Below, piece after piece: positions 41,855-54,765 of a stretch of 64,000 nt of DNA. The notes beneath the pieces are model-generated. The model saw only the letters and a program-made list of their open reading frames with translations. It was not told the DNA's origin and did no database searches. The stretch is from Macrostomum lignano. Taxonomy: Eukaryota. The stretch is taken from the NCBI GenBank assembly GCA_002269645.1, contig NIVC01000876.1:188614-252613 (forward strand), given 5' to 3'. The number at the start of each line of letters is the position of its first letter. Within the stretch, counting starts at the first letter, position 1. The position numbers and the translations under genes are program-made.

Positions 41855-42205
41855 GCTTACTCTCTCATTGCTTACTTTCTCACCGCTTACCATCTCAACG
41901 CTTACTTTCTCAACGCTTACTCTCTCACCGCTTACTCTCTCATTGCTTACTCTCACCGTTTAATCTCTTACCGCTTACTCTCACCGCTTACTCTCTCACC
42001 GCTTACTCTCTCACCGCTTACTCTCTCACCGCTTACTCTCTCACCGCTTACTCTCTCACCGCTTACTCTCTCACCGCTTACTCTCTCATCACTTACTCTC
42101 TCATCGCTTACTCTCTCACCGCTTACTCTCTCACCGCTTACTCTCTCACCGCTTACTCTCTCACCGCTTACTCTCTCACCGCTTACTCTCTCACCGCTTA
42201 CTCCT
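41855..42205. repeat. 15-bp minisatellite (CACCGCTTACTCTCT)n
   Basis: About 23 copies, directly abutting the previous array. Confidence 0.96.
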
Positions 42206-42834
42206 CTCTCCATCTGACTCGTGCCCTCCATCCGACTTCACTTTCTCAGCAATTATCCAGTTTCCAAGAGCCCCATCATTCATTATCTTACTCAAACTGA
42301 TACTTCAAACGAATTTTATTTGCCATTCCAACTCAGCCGGTGCAGGTGAGTTAAATGGGCCCGCGGAGACCCTTCAACCCTCAACAGCCCCATTTTCGAT
42401 ACAAACTCCAATTTTAAAGTGAGTATTTTATTTTTCAAGCCGCTGCACGCTTAACGTATCTGTATGTTTAGGCGGGGTCAGCGCACTACGAACTGGAGTT
42501 CTGATCTCGATTGCGTAACCACCCCTTAGTAATTAAGGCCAGCGACCCCATCGGCTCCTCAATCCCTGGCCTCTTCCTTCCTGCTTCTTTTAGTCGGCGA
42601 CCTTTCATTCTCTTCTCCTGTCCAGCTGAGCTGTGGTGTGCTCAGCCTGTCTGAGTGGCTCTTCCGACATCTGCGGCTGCCCTCCCAGCCTCTCCTGTCC
42701 TTCATCTCTGCCGATCGCATTCTTGGCTTGATTTAGAAATCTCAGTTTACCAAGCTTTTGCTGTTGTTGTCGACTTCATTTGGATTTATCAGGAGCGGAG
42801 GATTGAAATCTTGAAGCTGGATTTTTAGCTCAGT

Positions 42835-43825
42835 CTGAGTCTACCTCTGTGTCCCCTGAGTCTACCTCTGTGTCCCCTGAGTCTACCTCTGTGTCTCCTG
42901 AGTCTACCTCTGTGTCCCCTGAGTCTACCTCTGTGTCTCCTGAGTCTACCTCTGTGTCCCCTGAGTCTACCTCTGTGTCTCCTGAGTCTACCTCTGTGTC
43001 CCCTGAGTCTACCTCTGTGTCCCCTGAGTCTACCTCTGTGTCCCCTGAGTCTACCTCTGTGTCCCCTGAGTCTACCTCTGTGTCCCCTGAGTCTACCTCT
43101 GTGTCCCCTGTGTCTACATCTGTGTCTACCTCTGTGTCCCCTGAGTCTACCTCTGTGTCCCCTGAGTCTACCTCTGTGTCCCCTGAGTCTACCTCTGTGT
43201 CCCCTGAGTCTACCTCTGTGTCCCCTGAGTCTACCTCTGTGTCCCCTGAGTCTACCTCTGTGTCCCCTGAGTCTACCTCTGTGTCCCCTGAGTCTACCTC
43301 TGTGTCCCCTGAGTCTACCTCTGTGTCCCCTGAGTCTACCTCTGTGTCTACCTCTGAGTCTCCTGTGTCTACTTCTGAGTTTACCTCTGTGTCTACCTCT
43401 GTGTCTACCTCTGTGTCTACCTCTGTCTTACTCTGTGTCCACCTGTGTATCTATCTCTGTGTCCACCTGTGTATCTACCTCTGTGTCCACCTGTGTATCT
43501 ACTTCTGAGTCTACCTCTGTGTCAACTTCTGAGTCTACCTCTGTCTTACTCTGTGTCCACCTGTGTATCTACCTCTGTGTCCACCTGTGTATCTACCTCT
43601 GTGTCTACATGTGTATCCACCTCTGTGTCTACATGTGTATCTACCTCTGTGTCTACATGTGTATCTACCTCTGTGTCCACCTGTGTATCTACCTCTGTTT
43701 CCACCTGTGTATCTACCTCTGTGTCCACCTGTGTATCTACCTCTGTGTCCACCTGTGTATCTACCTCTGTGTCCACCTGTGTATCTACCTCTGTGTCCAC
43801 CTGTGTATCTACCTCTGTGTCCACA
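42835..43825. repeat. 21-bp (CTGAGTCTACCTCTGTGTCCC)n grading into 24-bp (TGTGTCCACCTGTGTATCTACCTC)n
   Basis: Read directly; both units share the TCTACCTCTGTGT core. Confidence 0.96.
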
Positions 43826-44394
43826 GATTTACATCTACAATTTACCAATATCTACCTATGCATCTACCTTTATGCCTACACATTTATCTACACGTGTCTA
43901 CCATTTTATCTACTTTTGTATTCTTAATTCTGTATCCACCTCGAACTTTCTAATTTGCTGTCATCCAATTTTATGACCGAACTCTCGACATCTCAGCTGT
44001 CAATTGACTAACCTTTCAGTTGAGATTCTCTGTGCCAGGTTGCAGCAGCTGATGCTCTCTCTTAAGGTTTCAGGTGGCGGCTGGCCTTCAAACGAAACCT
44101 TTCAATGAAATCCCGGCCGAGTTTGGCGTCGGATTTCGGCCCATTAGCGAGTTCAGAAACCCCTCTGGCATGGCTTTTGTTTGTTAATGCTGGCTGCTGA
44201 GTAGCAGCTCATGCTCTGATTGTCAGCACTCGCTATGGGGTTGCGTACTGAATAGCTGAACTCACTTCTTCAGTAGGCTGGAGACCTGTGGCCTCTATGA
44301 CCCTATGACTAAGCCGATTATTTAATCAATATTACTATATGACTATGATGACCCTATGAACAAGATGATCATGACCAGCATGACCATATAAACA

Positions 44395-45240
44395 AACGAC
44401 TGTATGACCAAAATGACCATATGACCAAAATGACTGAATGACCAAAATGACTGAATGACCAAAATGACCATATGATCAAAATGACTGAATGACCAAAATG
44501 ACTGAATGACCAAAATGACCATATGACCAAAATGACCATATGACCAAAATGACCATATGATCAAAATGACTGAATGACCAAAATGACCATATGACCAAAA
44601 TGACCATATGACCAAAATGACCATATGATCAAAATGATTGAATGACCGAAATGACCATATGACCAAAATGACCATAGGACCAAAATGACCATAGGACCAA
44701 AATGACCATATGACCAAAATGACTGAATGACCAAAATGACTGAATGACCAAAATGACCATATGACCAAAATGACTGAATGACCAAAAGGACCATATGACC
44801 AAAATGACCATGTGACCTAAATGACCATGTGACCAAAATGACTATATGACCAAAATGACCATGTGACCAAAATGACCATGTGACCAAAATGACCATGTGA
44901 CCAAAATGATCATATGACCAAAATGACTATATGACCAAAATGACTATATGACCAAAATGACTGAATGACCAAAAGGACCATATGACCAAAATGACCATGT
45001 GACCTAAATGACCATGTGACCAAAATGACTATATGACCAAAATGACCATGTGACCAAAATGACCATGTGACCAAAATGACCATGTGACCAAAATGATCAT
45101 ATGACCAAAATGACTATATGACCAAAATGACTATATGACCAAAATGACCATGTGACTAAAATGACCATGTGACCAAAATGACCATGTGACCAAAATGACC
45201 ATGTGACCAAAATGACCATATGGCCGAAATGACTGTACGA
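44395..45240. repeat. 17-bp minisatellite (ATGACCAAAATGACCAT)n
   Basis: About 50 copies. Confidence 0.97.
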
Positions 45241-46019
45241 CCAAAATGACTACATGTATATGAGCAAGATCATTCTGTAACCAGCATTACCCATCAACAA
45301 AGTGACCCCTATCAGTGACCCCTAGCGCCTGTCACAATGTCAAGCGCTAATCCTTACAGAAATTTTCTCCACTCGAAATAAAACCCCCGGCCTCCCATTC
45401 GAGGATTCGATCAGGTTTGAGCTCTGTGTCCTGAGCTCAATGCATGCTGCAGCACCGAACCCTCCCCCCTTACAAATCGAATATCAACATGGGAATTGAA
45501 AGCCTCAGATGAGGATTTCAACTCGCAGGCATTGGCGAAAACTGTTAACCCGAATATCCGATGCAGGCAAACGTTGCTTTGGAAACTTTCGAGTCTTTAC
45601 TCAACCCAGTGATTACGCAATCATATTTCTGCTGGCTGCTCCCCCCGCTACCGGTGCGAGAAAATGCAGAATAAGTCGGCTATGAGACCGCGGCTCGATC
45701 GCCCCCCCCCTCCCTGCAGCGGGGAAATCCTTGCCCGTCCACTTCCCACTCGAAACACCGGTGTTTGAGGCGAGCTGGAGTGTAGGCTGGAAGTCTGGGA
45801 TCGAAATCCCCCCTACTGTCCTGTGGGACTCCTGACTGACTCTGTGAGTCTGACTGCAGCCGCGTCCCAGATCTACTGTGCCCCACCTGACATCAGCGGC
45901 GGCTCCCTGCGATTCGCTGGAAACTGCCTGCTCAGGCCGTTTCTGATGCGAAAGCAGACTGGATGAATGATCTGCTGGCAATCACTCTGTAGCTCTCCCC
46001 CACTCACCTCTGCCATCTC

Positions 46020-46615
46020 TCTGCCTCTACCCTCCCCCTCTTCTCTCCCCTCCACCCTCCTTCTTCCCCTCCCTCTCTTCTCTCCTCTCCCCTTCTTCTC
46101 CCTCCTCCTATTATTCTCTCCTCTCCCCCTCCTTCTCTTCTTCCTCCTTCTCTTCCTCCTTCTCTTCCTCCTCCTTCTCTTCCTCCTCCTTCTCTTCCTC
46201 CTCCTTCTCTTCCTCCTCCTTCTCTTCCTCCTTCTCTTCCTCCTCCTTCTCTTCCTCCTTCTCTTCCTCCTCCTTCTCTTCCTCCTCCTTCTCTTCCTCC
46301 TTCTCTTCCTCCTTCTCTTCCTCCTCCTTCTCTTCCTCCTTCTCTTCCTCCTTCTCTTCCTCCTCCTTCTCTTCCTCCTCCTTCTCTTCCTCCTTCTCTT
46401 CCTCCTTCTCTTCCTCCTTCTCTTCCTCCTTCTCTTCCCTCCTCCTTCTCTTCCTCCTTCTCTTCCTCCTTCTCTTCCTCCTTCTCTTCCCTCCTCCTTC
46501 TCTTCCTCCTTCTCTTCCTCCTTCTCTTCCTCCTCCTTCTTCTCCTCCTTCTCTTCCTCCTTCTCTTCCTCCTCCTTCTCTTCCTCCTCCTTATCTTCCT
46601 CCTTCTTTCTCCCTT
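46020..46615. repeat. 12/15-bp pyrimidine array (TTCTCTTCCTCC[TCC])n
   Basis: Read directly. Confidence 0.96.
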
Positions 46616-47079
46616 TTTTCTTAAATTCTAATCAATTATTTTTGCACCTGGACTCTTATCAACATGTTACAAGCCAAATCTTGTATTTTTGCTGCTAAAC
46701 AGCCTGACTATTTTCAGTCTATTATTACAAAAAAACACAAGCTTTCAAAACCCGTTGATCTCAGGTCCGAAGTGAAGTGTCCGATCTCAGGTTGACAGAG
46801 GCGGCACAATGGCAGCTCAAATAACAGAACGCGTAAGACTAAACTGCCAGACACAGTTAGCGGTTTGAATGCTCAAGTTGAGCATACCTACTCATTAAAG
46901 TCGGCAGTTTAAAGCCCAAAAGGCGGCGGTTCTCACCATTTTTTCTCGGTCCTGACAAGGGCCACCTTGGCTATTCAAGACGAATTTTAATGCAGTTTTT
47001 TGTTTTTTTGCTGTTTAATGCTGCGAAGTTGAGCTTGCGCTAGATACCAGATGAGATGTAGTGCCCTGGGCATGGTGAG

Positions 47080-47440
47080 GATAGGTGAGAAGAAAGGTAT
47101 AAAGGAAGAGGTAGATAAGAAGAATTAGATAGGAGATGTAGAATGGGAAGGTAGATACGTAGAGAAGAAGAGAAGACGATAGGGATATGTTCATAGTGAG
47201 AGGTAGATAATGAGAGGTAGATAATGAGAGGTAGATAATGAGATTTTGGATAGGGAGAGGTCAATAATAAAAGGTATATAGTGATAAGTAGATATGGAGA
47301 GGTAGATAGGGAGAGGTAACTAATGTGAGGTAGCTTATGGGAGGTAGCTAATGAGAGGTAGCTAATGAGAGGTAGCTAATGAGAGGTAGATATGGAGAGG
47401 TAGATATGGAGAGGTAGATACGGAGAGGTAGATAGGTCAA
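47080..47440. repeat. Degenerate purine-rich 14-bp array (GAGAGGTAGATAAT)n
   Basis: Read directly. Confidence 0.85.
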
Positions 47441-48774
47441 GGCATTTGTACCTAATCGGATCCAGCTCAGAACCGAGCATCTGTCACCTAAAAGCGCCAT
47501 TATAAACTGGTTACTCAGCACCTAATTAATGCCTGCCTGCTGCTATTTGAAAGGCCAGCCCAGCCCAACTGGAGTACAACGAGTTTGCGCCAAACAAACT
47601 CAAGAAATCGCCACTTCTAAAACAAAAAAGCACTGTGAGTCACTGCTATGCCCAGCGAATTACAGATGTGGCCGTGGGTTTATTGAGCTCAAACTCTGAG
47701 TGGCCCGGCCAGTCCTGCAGCTACGCCCCGGTTTTCCTCACCCTCTCATTGGTCCGCGAGCGGTCAGCGGCCTTTCAAGTTGACTCTCGTGTGCTTATTA
47801 CTGCAGTCTGGGGACTGCTCGAGGTCGCCAACCCCCCTGCCTACTGTCGAGTTATTCGGTGACCCCCGCTACAGCTGACAAGGGACTCTGACTGTACATT
47901 AAGTGCCGACAGCCGCTCAGAAACATCTGCTGTCTTTCTTCTGTAGCGGATGCTGCTCTGCTAAAAGCAGCAGACGTGTGCAAGCTGCAAGGTGAGACTG
48001 CGATTTCTACTGTTGCGGGGTTTCACACAATGGATCTTCGGGTTACTGGAGACTCCGCCTTGAGGCTGCTTCAGAGTTTGTTGCTATGCAAGAGGCTGCA
48101 GCGTGTGGGGGTCTTCTTTTAGCTTCGGATAAAAGCAGCTCGCGAGCTTGAAAGCCTCTCCTGCTTTTTCTGCTTTTGCAACAATAGGCCCAGCATTTCC
48201 TCAACAGTTGCCCCCAAAACGCATTCGCAGTTGTCTTCGCCTGGCAAGCGAAAAAAAAATTGTCGGTTGAGTCGCAGCTGAGTAAGGGCTCAGGGGAGGG
48301 TGACGCCTCGCGCTGACTTCTCATGCGAGAACTCCAGCATCCTGCAGCAGCCGGGCTGGACCCTGAACAATGGGGGGGGGGGCTGAGGAACTGGGTTGAA
48401 ATTTTCTAAGAAATCCAGTTTTCAGCCAGCTCAGGTGAGCTCAGAGGCTTAAAACGTTGGTGGCCCATCTCACTCTCTGTCTCCCCTGTCAGCCTCTCTC
48501 TCTCTCTCTCTCTCACTTGATCAGGCGAGGTGCTTTCAAGCATGACCACCCAGGGGCGGACCTGTGGGCTCCCAACAGCCATTCACTGCGGGAGAAATTT
48601 CAGCAGCTTTACAGCAAATAAGATTGTGTGACAGCAGGTTGCCTTTCAATTTTTGAAAGTGCACCAGCACCTGAAGGCTCTCGATAGGAAATAATAGGAA
48701 GGATGGGGGCTGCTGCTGTGACGGAGTGGTTGCTCAGCGGGCTACGTCGACAAATCGAGAGACTGACGGAGCCG

Positions 48775-49520
48775 GAGGAGGAGGAACTTCTTCAGTTTGT
48801 CTACCTCGGCTCCCAGCCAGGTTCAACGTCCACGAGGATCTGTGGAGGCAGCTCTGCAGTAGTCCGAGGCCCTTACCGCCCTGCGGTCTGGAGGTCCGGT
48901 GCACTACTGCAAATTTCAAGCAGCCAGTCTGACAATCGATAACCCTGGTTTGACTTTCTTAGCCTGTGAGCCGCCTGCTGACTTTCTGCTGCTCTGCCGC
49001 TGCTTCTCCCCCGGACAAGCGGCAGACGCTCCGCCCACCGAAGTCCCCGCGCGCGCGGTGCAGTGCGCTGTCAGCTGTTGCCAAAACACTAAAAGAAAAC
49101 TGTTGCTTCTAGGAGCAGAAGAGAGACGGGGGGGGCAGATTAGTGTCATACTTTATAAAACTTTTCTTTGCTACTTCTTAATCTAGTCTCCTTAGTCCGT
49201 GCACCAGTTCAAGGGAAGACAGGAGCCAACAGGAACTTCTTCGGGTGCATTAAACACCCCCCCGCCAAGGATGCCCTCCGTGTCAAGTTGGCATTTTTGG
49301 TCCAGCAATCTGACGCAATCAATCATGTCAGTCCATTGTCGCTGCTTGGCCGGGTTTCCCTGACGTGGCGTGGCGTACGCGAGTTGGCAGTCGGTGGGGT
49401 CACGGGGGTTCAACCCTCCATCCTTCCCTGTCTGTGCATCGTGGAGAATCGGTAGAGCAGGACTTGACGTGTTGAGGCCAGACAGCTACAATCCCGCACC
49501 GCATTTGCTTTCTAAAAGGG
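48775..49520. mobile_element. Possible decayed RTE/L2-type LINE fragments in opposite orientations
   Basis: Plus strand 48775-48900: EEEELLQFVYLGSQ...GGSSAVVR, resembling the RT C-terminal FxYLGS motif. Minus strand 49320-49520: WPQHV/LLYR and PRQGNPAKQRQWTDMI, resembling RTE C-terminal motifs. Short motif matches only. Confidence 0.35.
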
Positions 49521-50649
49521 CTTGGCGGCGGTGCTCACGCTGTGTTTTACCTTGGCCTGAAAGGAATCTGTCTGAGCCTACCCCTCCCTCCTCAGCCCCA
49601 GTTCGACCTTCCAGGAAGGGAGGTCGCGTCCTGGGCGAGGCTGCTTGTCAGGGGAACAAAAAGGTTGCCAGCTACCAAAATAATGCGGACTGGGCCCAGA
49701 TAAGAGACCAGAAAGAGGGGGTGGCCCGGCTGCTGCTGCCGCGGAGGGGAAGGCAGCGGGAGTAGGTGTTACGTAAGAGCCCAAGGGCAATGGCGGGTGT
49801 GTATTGGCAGAGCGCAGTTGTTCTGGATACAGACCGGAGCCCAGAGGGTCGGGTCGTTTCTGTCAGCTGCTCCCGCTCTCTCCCCCCTTATTGCTTGTGC
49901 TGCAAATTTTTCTCTCATTGGGGAGGACAATTGCAAATCGGATTCTTGTCTGTCTTGCGAAATCCCAGAGGGGCCGGCAGTCCCCCGAGGTGGTGCCGAT
50001 TGCGCAACGCAGCTCCGTGCTCGGGGGTACGCGTAATTCCCGCCCTGGTCAATCGGTCCGGTCCGTCCTGCGTTGTTTTTAGCGCAAAAGAAAAACAATT
50101 TGTGCCGAGAGTTTTTGACAGCTAGAAATTTTCGGCAGACTTCACTTTCTTTTTCACTTTTTTTCGCAACTCTCAGCACACTTCAGTTGCGGCTGTCGGA
50201 AATCTTAGCCGAGCTTTATTCAACTCTTAGAGGTCTTCTCGATCCCGATTTTCCGGCAACAAAGTTTTAATGACAAAGACGGAAAAATAAAAATATTAAC
50301 AAAGAAATGAAATGCTGTGGGAGCCTTCAGGTTTGGACCAATTTCTGTCGAGTGGTTGCGCAATCAAGGCGCTGCCGCACCAACCTGCGCTCCAACGCCT
50401 TCGCGGTTGAGAAAGTGGAGAAAGGAGTTGCTCAGAAGAGTGAAACAAGAAACTTACTGTTGTTTGAGCTCTGTCTGCCGAGAGCGGCAAGTTAAATCGG
50501 GGAGCTCTTCAAGGTTAATTAAATGAAAGCAGCGGCACTGAAGACTATCGACTCCACACTGAGCAAACTTATGGGTCAATCAGGGCATTCCAGACATTTC
50601 AGGAAATAAAAAATTGGATTTTTTGTTCCTGAGGTCTTACGGGTGCTCA

Positions 50650-50835
50650 CATAGGGTGTAACAGCGGCCCTGACTTTCTCATCGTCAGGCATTTACACTG
50701 GGGTTGGTCCTCGTGGGTTGTAAATTGCACGACAAACCACCGGCTGAAATGAAAGTAGCCATTCGATAGCCAGGAATCGAACCCAGGGGTCGTGGAAGCT
50801 TCGAGTCCTGCAAAACGAATCTCCAGTCCCCCCGA
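50650..50835 (-). mobile_element. Possible tRNA-derived SINE
   Basis: Perfect B box GGTTCGATTCC on the minus strand (50773-50783). No clear A box or cloverleaf. Confidence 0.35.
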
Positions 50836-51570
50836 CATGTATCAAACTAGCATTGTTAATCCCTAGCCCACCCGATATGTATCGAAATTAACTTTGTTAA
50901 TCCCCAGCCCACCCGAAATGTATCGAAACTAACATTGTTAATCCCCAGCCCACCCGAAATGTATCGAAACTAACATTGCTAATCCCTAGCCCACCCGAAA
51001 TGTATCGAAACTAACATTGTTAATCGCCAGCCCACCCGATATGTATCGAAATTAACTTTGTTAATCCCCAGCCCACCCGAAATGTATCGAAACTAACATT
51101 GTTAATCCCCAGCCCACCCGAAATGTATCGAAACTAACATTGCTAATCCCTAGCCCACCCGACATGTATCGAAACTAACATTGTTAATCCCCACCCCACC
51201 CGACATGTATCGAAACTAACATTGTTAATCCCCAGCCTACCCGACATGTATCGAAACTAACATTGTTAATCCCCACCCCACCCGACATGTATCGAAACTA
51301 ACATTGTTAATCGCCAGCCCACCCGACATGTATCGAAACTAACATTGTTAATCCCCACCCCACCCGACATGTATCGAAACTAACATTGTTAATCCCCAGC
51401 CTACCCGACATGTATCGAAACTAACATTGTTAATCCCCAGCCTACCCGATATGTATCGAAACTAACATTGTTAATCCCCACCCCACCCGACATGTATCGA
51501 AACTAACATTGTTAATCCCTAGCCCACCCGACATGTATCGAAACTTACATTGTTAATCGCCAGCCCAAGC
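50830..51570. repeat. 41-bp minisatellite (CCCACCCGACATGTATCGAAACTAACATTGTTAATCCCCAG)n
   Basis: About 18 copies. Confidence 0.97.
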
Positions 51571-52109
51571 GGGTTACGCAATACAGGAGGAAAAACTCTC
51601 GACTGGAGAAAAAACGGATGAAGATTGAAAGAAAGCGAGAGGGAAAAATCAAAGCGATTGCGGCCGGTCCTGGGGATAAAAATGCTTAGGGAATTATGGC
51701 CGGCACGGATCCGCCTCCGCCCCCCAGCCGTCTCCTCAGTCTCCGTGTCCGCGCGATCAATAAATAATCAGATTACATCATCACTGCCGCCCTTGTGGGG
51801 GAAAATCGGTAAGGAGGGCCGGCCGCGACTGACTGGCGCAGGGAAAGTGGAGGAGCAACGCCTCATGGCGGGCCCTTTTGAATTGGGGATTTCCTCAGCT
51901 TTTATCTTCCCCTCTCTTGCCTGCCGCCGAATTAGCGCTGCGGGGTTGGAGGCTCTGAGCCTGGTCACGGATGCTCAGCTTTTTATCTGCTCATCGGACG
52001 CAGCCGCGGGGTCATTACCGACTTTACCTGCCTGCTGTGGCTTGCTGGTTGCGGACTGCCGGGTCTCTCACATCCCTGTTGGCTCTTGAATTTTAATTTA
52101 TCTTCTTTT

Positions 52110-53535
52110 CTGTCTGATTCCCCTTCCCTCAGTCTAATTCCTCTTCCCCCTGTCTGATTCCCCTTCCCCCAGTCTAATTCCTCTTCCCCCGTCTGATTCC
52201 CCTTCCCCCAGTCTAATTCCCCTTCCCCCGTCTGATTCCCCTTCCCCCAGTCTAATTCCCCTTCCCCCCGTCTGATTCCCCTTCCCCCAGTCTAATTTCC
52301 CTTCCCCCTGTCTGATTCTCCTTCCCCCAGTCTAATTTCCCTTCCCCCTGTCTGATTCCCCTTCCCCCAGTCTTATTCCCCTTCCCCCTGTCTGATTCCC
52401 CTTCCCCCAGTCTAATTCCCCTTCCCCCTGTCTGATTCCCCTTTCCCTAGTCTAATTCCCCTTCCACTCTGTCTGATTCCCTTCCCCCGTCTGATTCCCC
52501 TTCCCCTCTGTCTGATTCCCCTTCCCCCAGTCTTATTCCCCTTCCCCCTGTCTGATTCCCCTTCCCCCAGTCTAATTCCCCTTCCCCCTGTCTGATTCCC
52601 CTTTCCCTAGTCTAATTCCCCTTCCCCCTGTCTGATTCCCCTTCCCCCAGTCTAATTCCCCTTCCCCTCTGTCTGATTCCCCTTCCCCCAGTCTAATTCC
52701 CCTTCCCCTCTGTCTGATTCCCCTTCCCCCAGTCTAATTCCCCTTCCACTCTGTCTGATTCCCTTCCCCCGTCTGATTCCCCTTCCCCTCTGTCTGATTC
52801 CCCTTCCCCCAGTCTTATTCCCCTTCCCCCTGTCTGATTCCCCTTTCCCTAGTCTAATTCCCCTTCCACTCTGTCTGATTCCCTTCCCCCGTCTGATTCC
52901 CCTTCCCCCAGTCTAATTCCCCTTCCCCTCTGTCTGATTCCCCTTCCCCCAGTCTAATTCTCCTTCCACTCTGTCTGATTCCCTTCCCCCCTGTCTGATT
53001 CCCCCTCCACTCTGCCTGATTCCCCTTCCACTCTGTCTGATTCCCCTTCCCCCTGTCTAATTCCCCCTCCGCTCTGTCTGATTCCCCTTCCCCCTGTCTA
53101 ATTTCCCTTCCCTCTGTCTGATTCCCCTTCCCAATGTCTGATTCCCCTTCTACTCTGTCTGATTCCCCTTCCCCTCTGTCTGATTCCCCCTTCCCTCTGT
53201 CTGATTCCCCCTCCACTCTGTCTGATTCCCCGTTCCCCTCTGTCTGATTCCCCGTTCCCCTCTGTCTGATTCCCCGTTCCCCTCTGTCTGATTGCCCCTT
53301 CCCCTCTGTCTGATTCCCCTTCCCCTCTGTCTGATTCCCCCTTTTTCTCTCTGTCTGATTCCCCCTTTTTCTCTCTGTCTGATTCCCCCTTTTTCTCTCT
53401 GTCTGATTCCCCCTTTTTCTCTCTGTCTGATTCCCCTTCCATTCTGTCTGATTCCCCTTCCATTCTGTCTGATTCCCCTTCCCAATGTCTGATTCCCCTT
53501 CCCCTCTGTCTGATTCCCCTTCCATTCTGTCTGAT
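52110..53535. repeat. 19-20-bp C-rich minisatellite (TCTGATTCCCCTTCCCCCTG / TCTAATTCCCCTTCCCCCAG)n
   Basis: About 70 copies, often alternating as 40-bp dimers. Confidence 0.97.
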
Positions 53536-53989
53536 ACCTCACACTGTCTGATGGTGCTATTTTTTACCAGTTTACAGACAGAATTCTGGAAGCACTTCCA
53601 CAGCAAAGCCCCGCAAGTCTCAGCTACTGCTTACTGGAAGGGAGTTTGGCCGGCAGATCTCTGTACAGAATGGCTGCAACTCTTTTAAATTCATTGGAGC
53701 GGAAAAGCGGAGTTCAGTGCGTCTCGAAAAAATGTCGTCTTTCATTTTTTCTGCTCGAAGAATCGAGCCGGCAGGTCCTGCAGGTGCTGCAGTTTCAGCT
53801 GAAAGTTCGTGCGGCGGCTGCGCTGCTTCCGGTGGCCCCCGTATGGACTTGAAAATTCGAGCTGAACTCGGTTGCTACCCGACCGTGCGGAGTTGGCCTG
53901 GTTCCGGGCTGTCTCCGCGTCCTGATTCTTCAGTCTGTGCTCCCCGCTCCTCTCCGCTCATCTCCCGCCTCTCCCTCTAACCCTGCCTC

Positions 53990-54765
53990 TTCCTCTCTAC
54001 CATCTCTCCTCTCCTCTCTCCTCTCTCCTCTCTCTCCTCTCCACTCTCTCCTCTCTCCCCTCTCCTCTCTCCTCTCTCCTCTCTCCTCTCTCCTCTCTCC
54101 TCTCCCCCTTCTCTCCTCTCTCCTCTCCTCTCTCCTCTCTCCTCTCTCTCCTCTCCACTCTCCTCTCTCCTCTCTCCTCTCTCCTCTCTCCTCTCTCCTC
54201 TCCCCCTTCTCTCCTCTCTCCTCTCTCCCCTCTCTCCTCTCTCCTCTCCTCTCTCCTCTCCTCTCTCCTCTCCTCTCTCCCCTCTCCCTTCTCTCCTCTC
54301 TCCTCTCTCCCCTCTCTCCTCTCTCCTCTCCTCTCTCCTCTCCTCTCTCCTCTCCTCTCTCCCCTCTCCCTTCTCTCCTCTCCTCTCTCTCGTCTCTCCT
54401 CTCTCCCTCTCTCCTCTCCTCTCCTCTCTCCCCTCTCCCCTCTCTCCTCTCCCCCTTCTCTCCTCTCCTCTCTCTCCTCTCTCCTCTCTCTCCTCTCCAC
54501 TCTCCTCTCTCCTCTCTCCTCTCTCCTCTCTCCTCTCCCCCTTCTTTCCTCTCTCCCCTCTCTCCTCTCTCCTCTCCTCTCTCCCCTCTCCCCTCTCTCC
54601 TCTCCTCTCTCTCCTCTCTCCTCTCTCCCCTCTCTCCTCTCTCCTCTCCTCTCTCCCCTCTCCCCTCTCTCCTCTCCTCTCTCCTCTCTCCCCTCTCTCC
54701 TCTCCTCTCTCCCCTCTCCCCTCTCTCCTCTCTCCTCTCTCCCCTCTCCCCTCCCCTCTCCTCTC
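53990..54765. repeat. CT-rich array (CTCTCCT)n
   Basis: Read directly. Confidence 0.95.

Noticed and set aside
50671-50690. Minus-strand CTGACGATGAGAAAGTCAG, resembling a minimal hammerhead core
   Set aside because: Only 3 nt separate CUGACGA and GAAA, and stems I and III cannot be paired. It is a simple hairpin.
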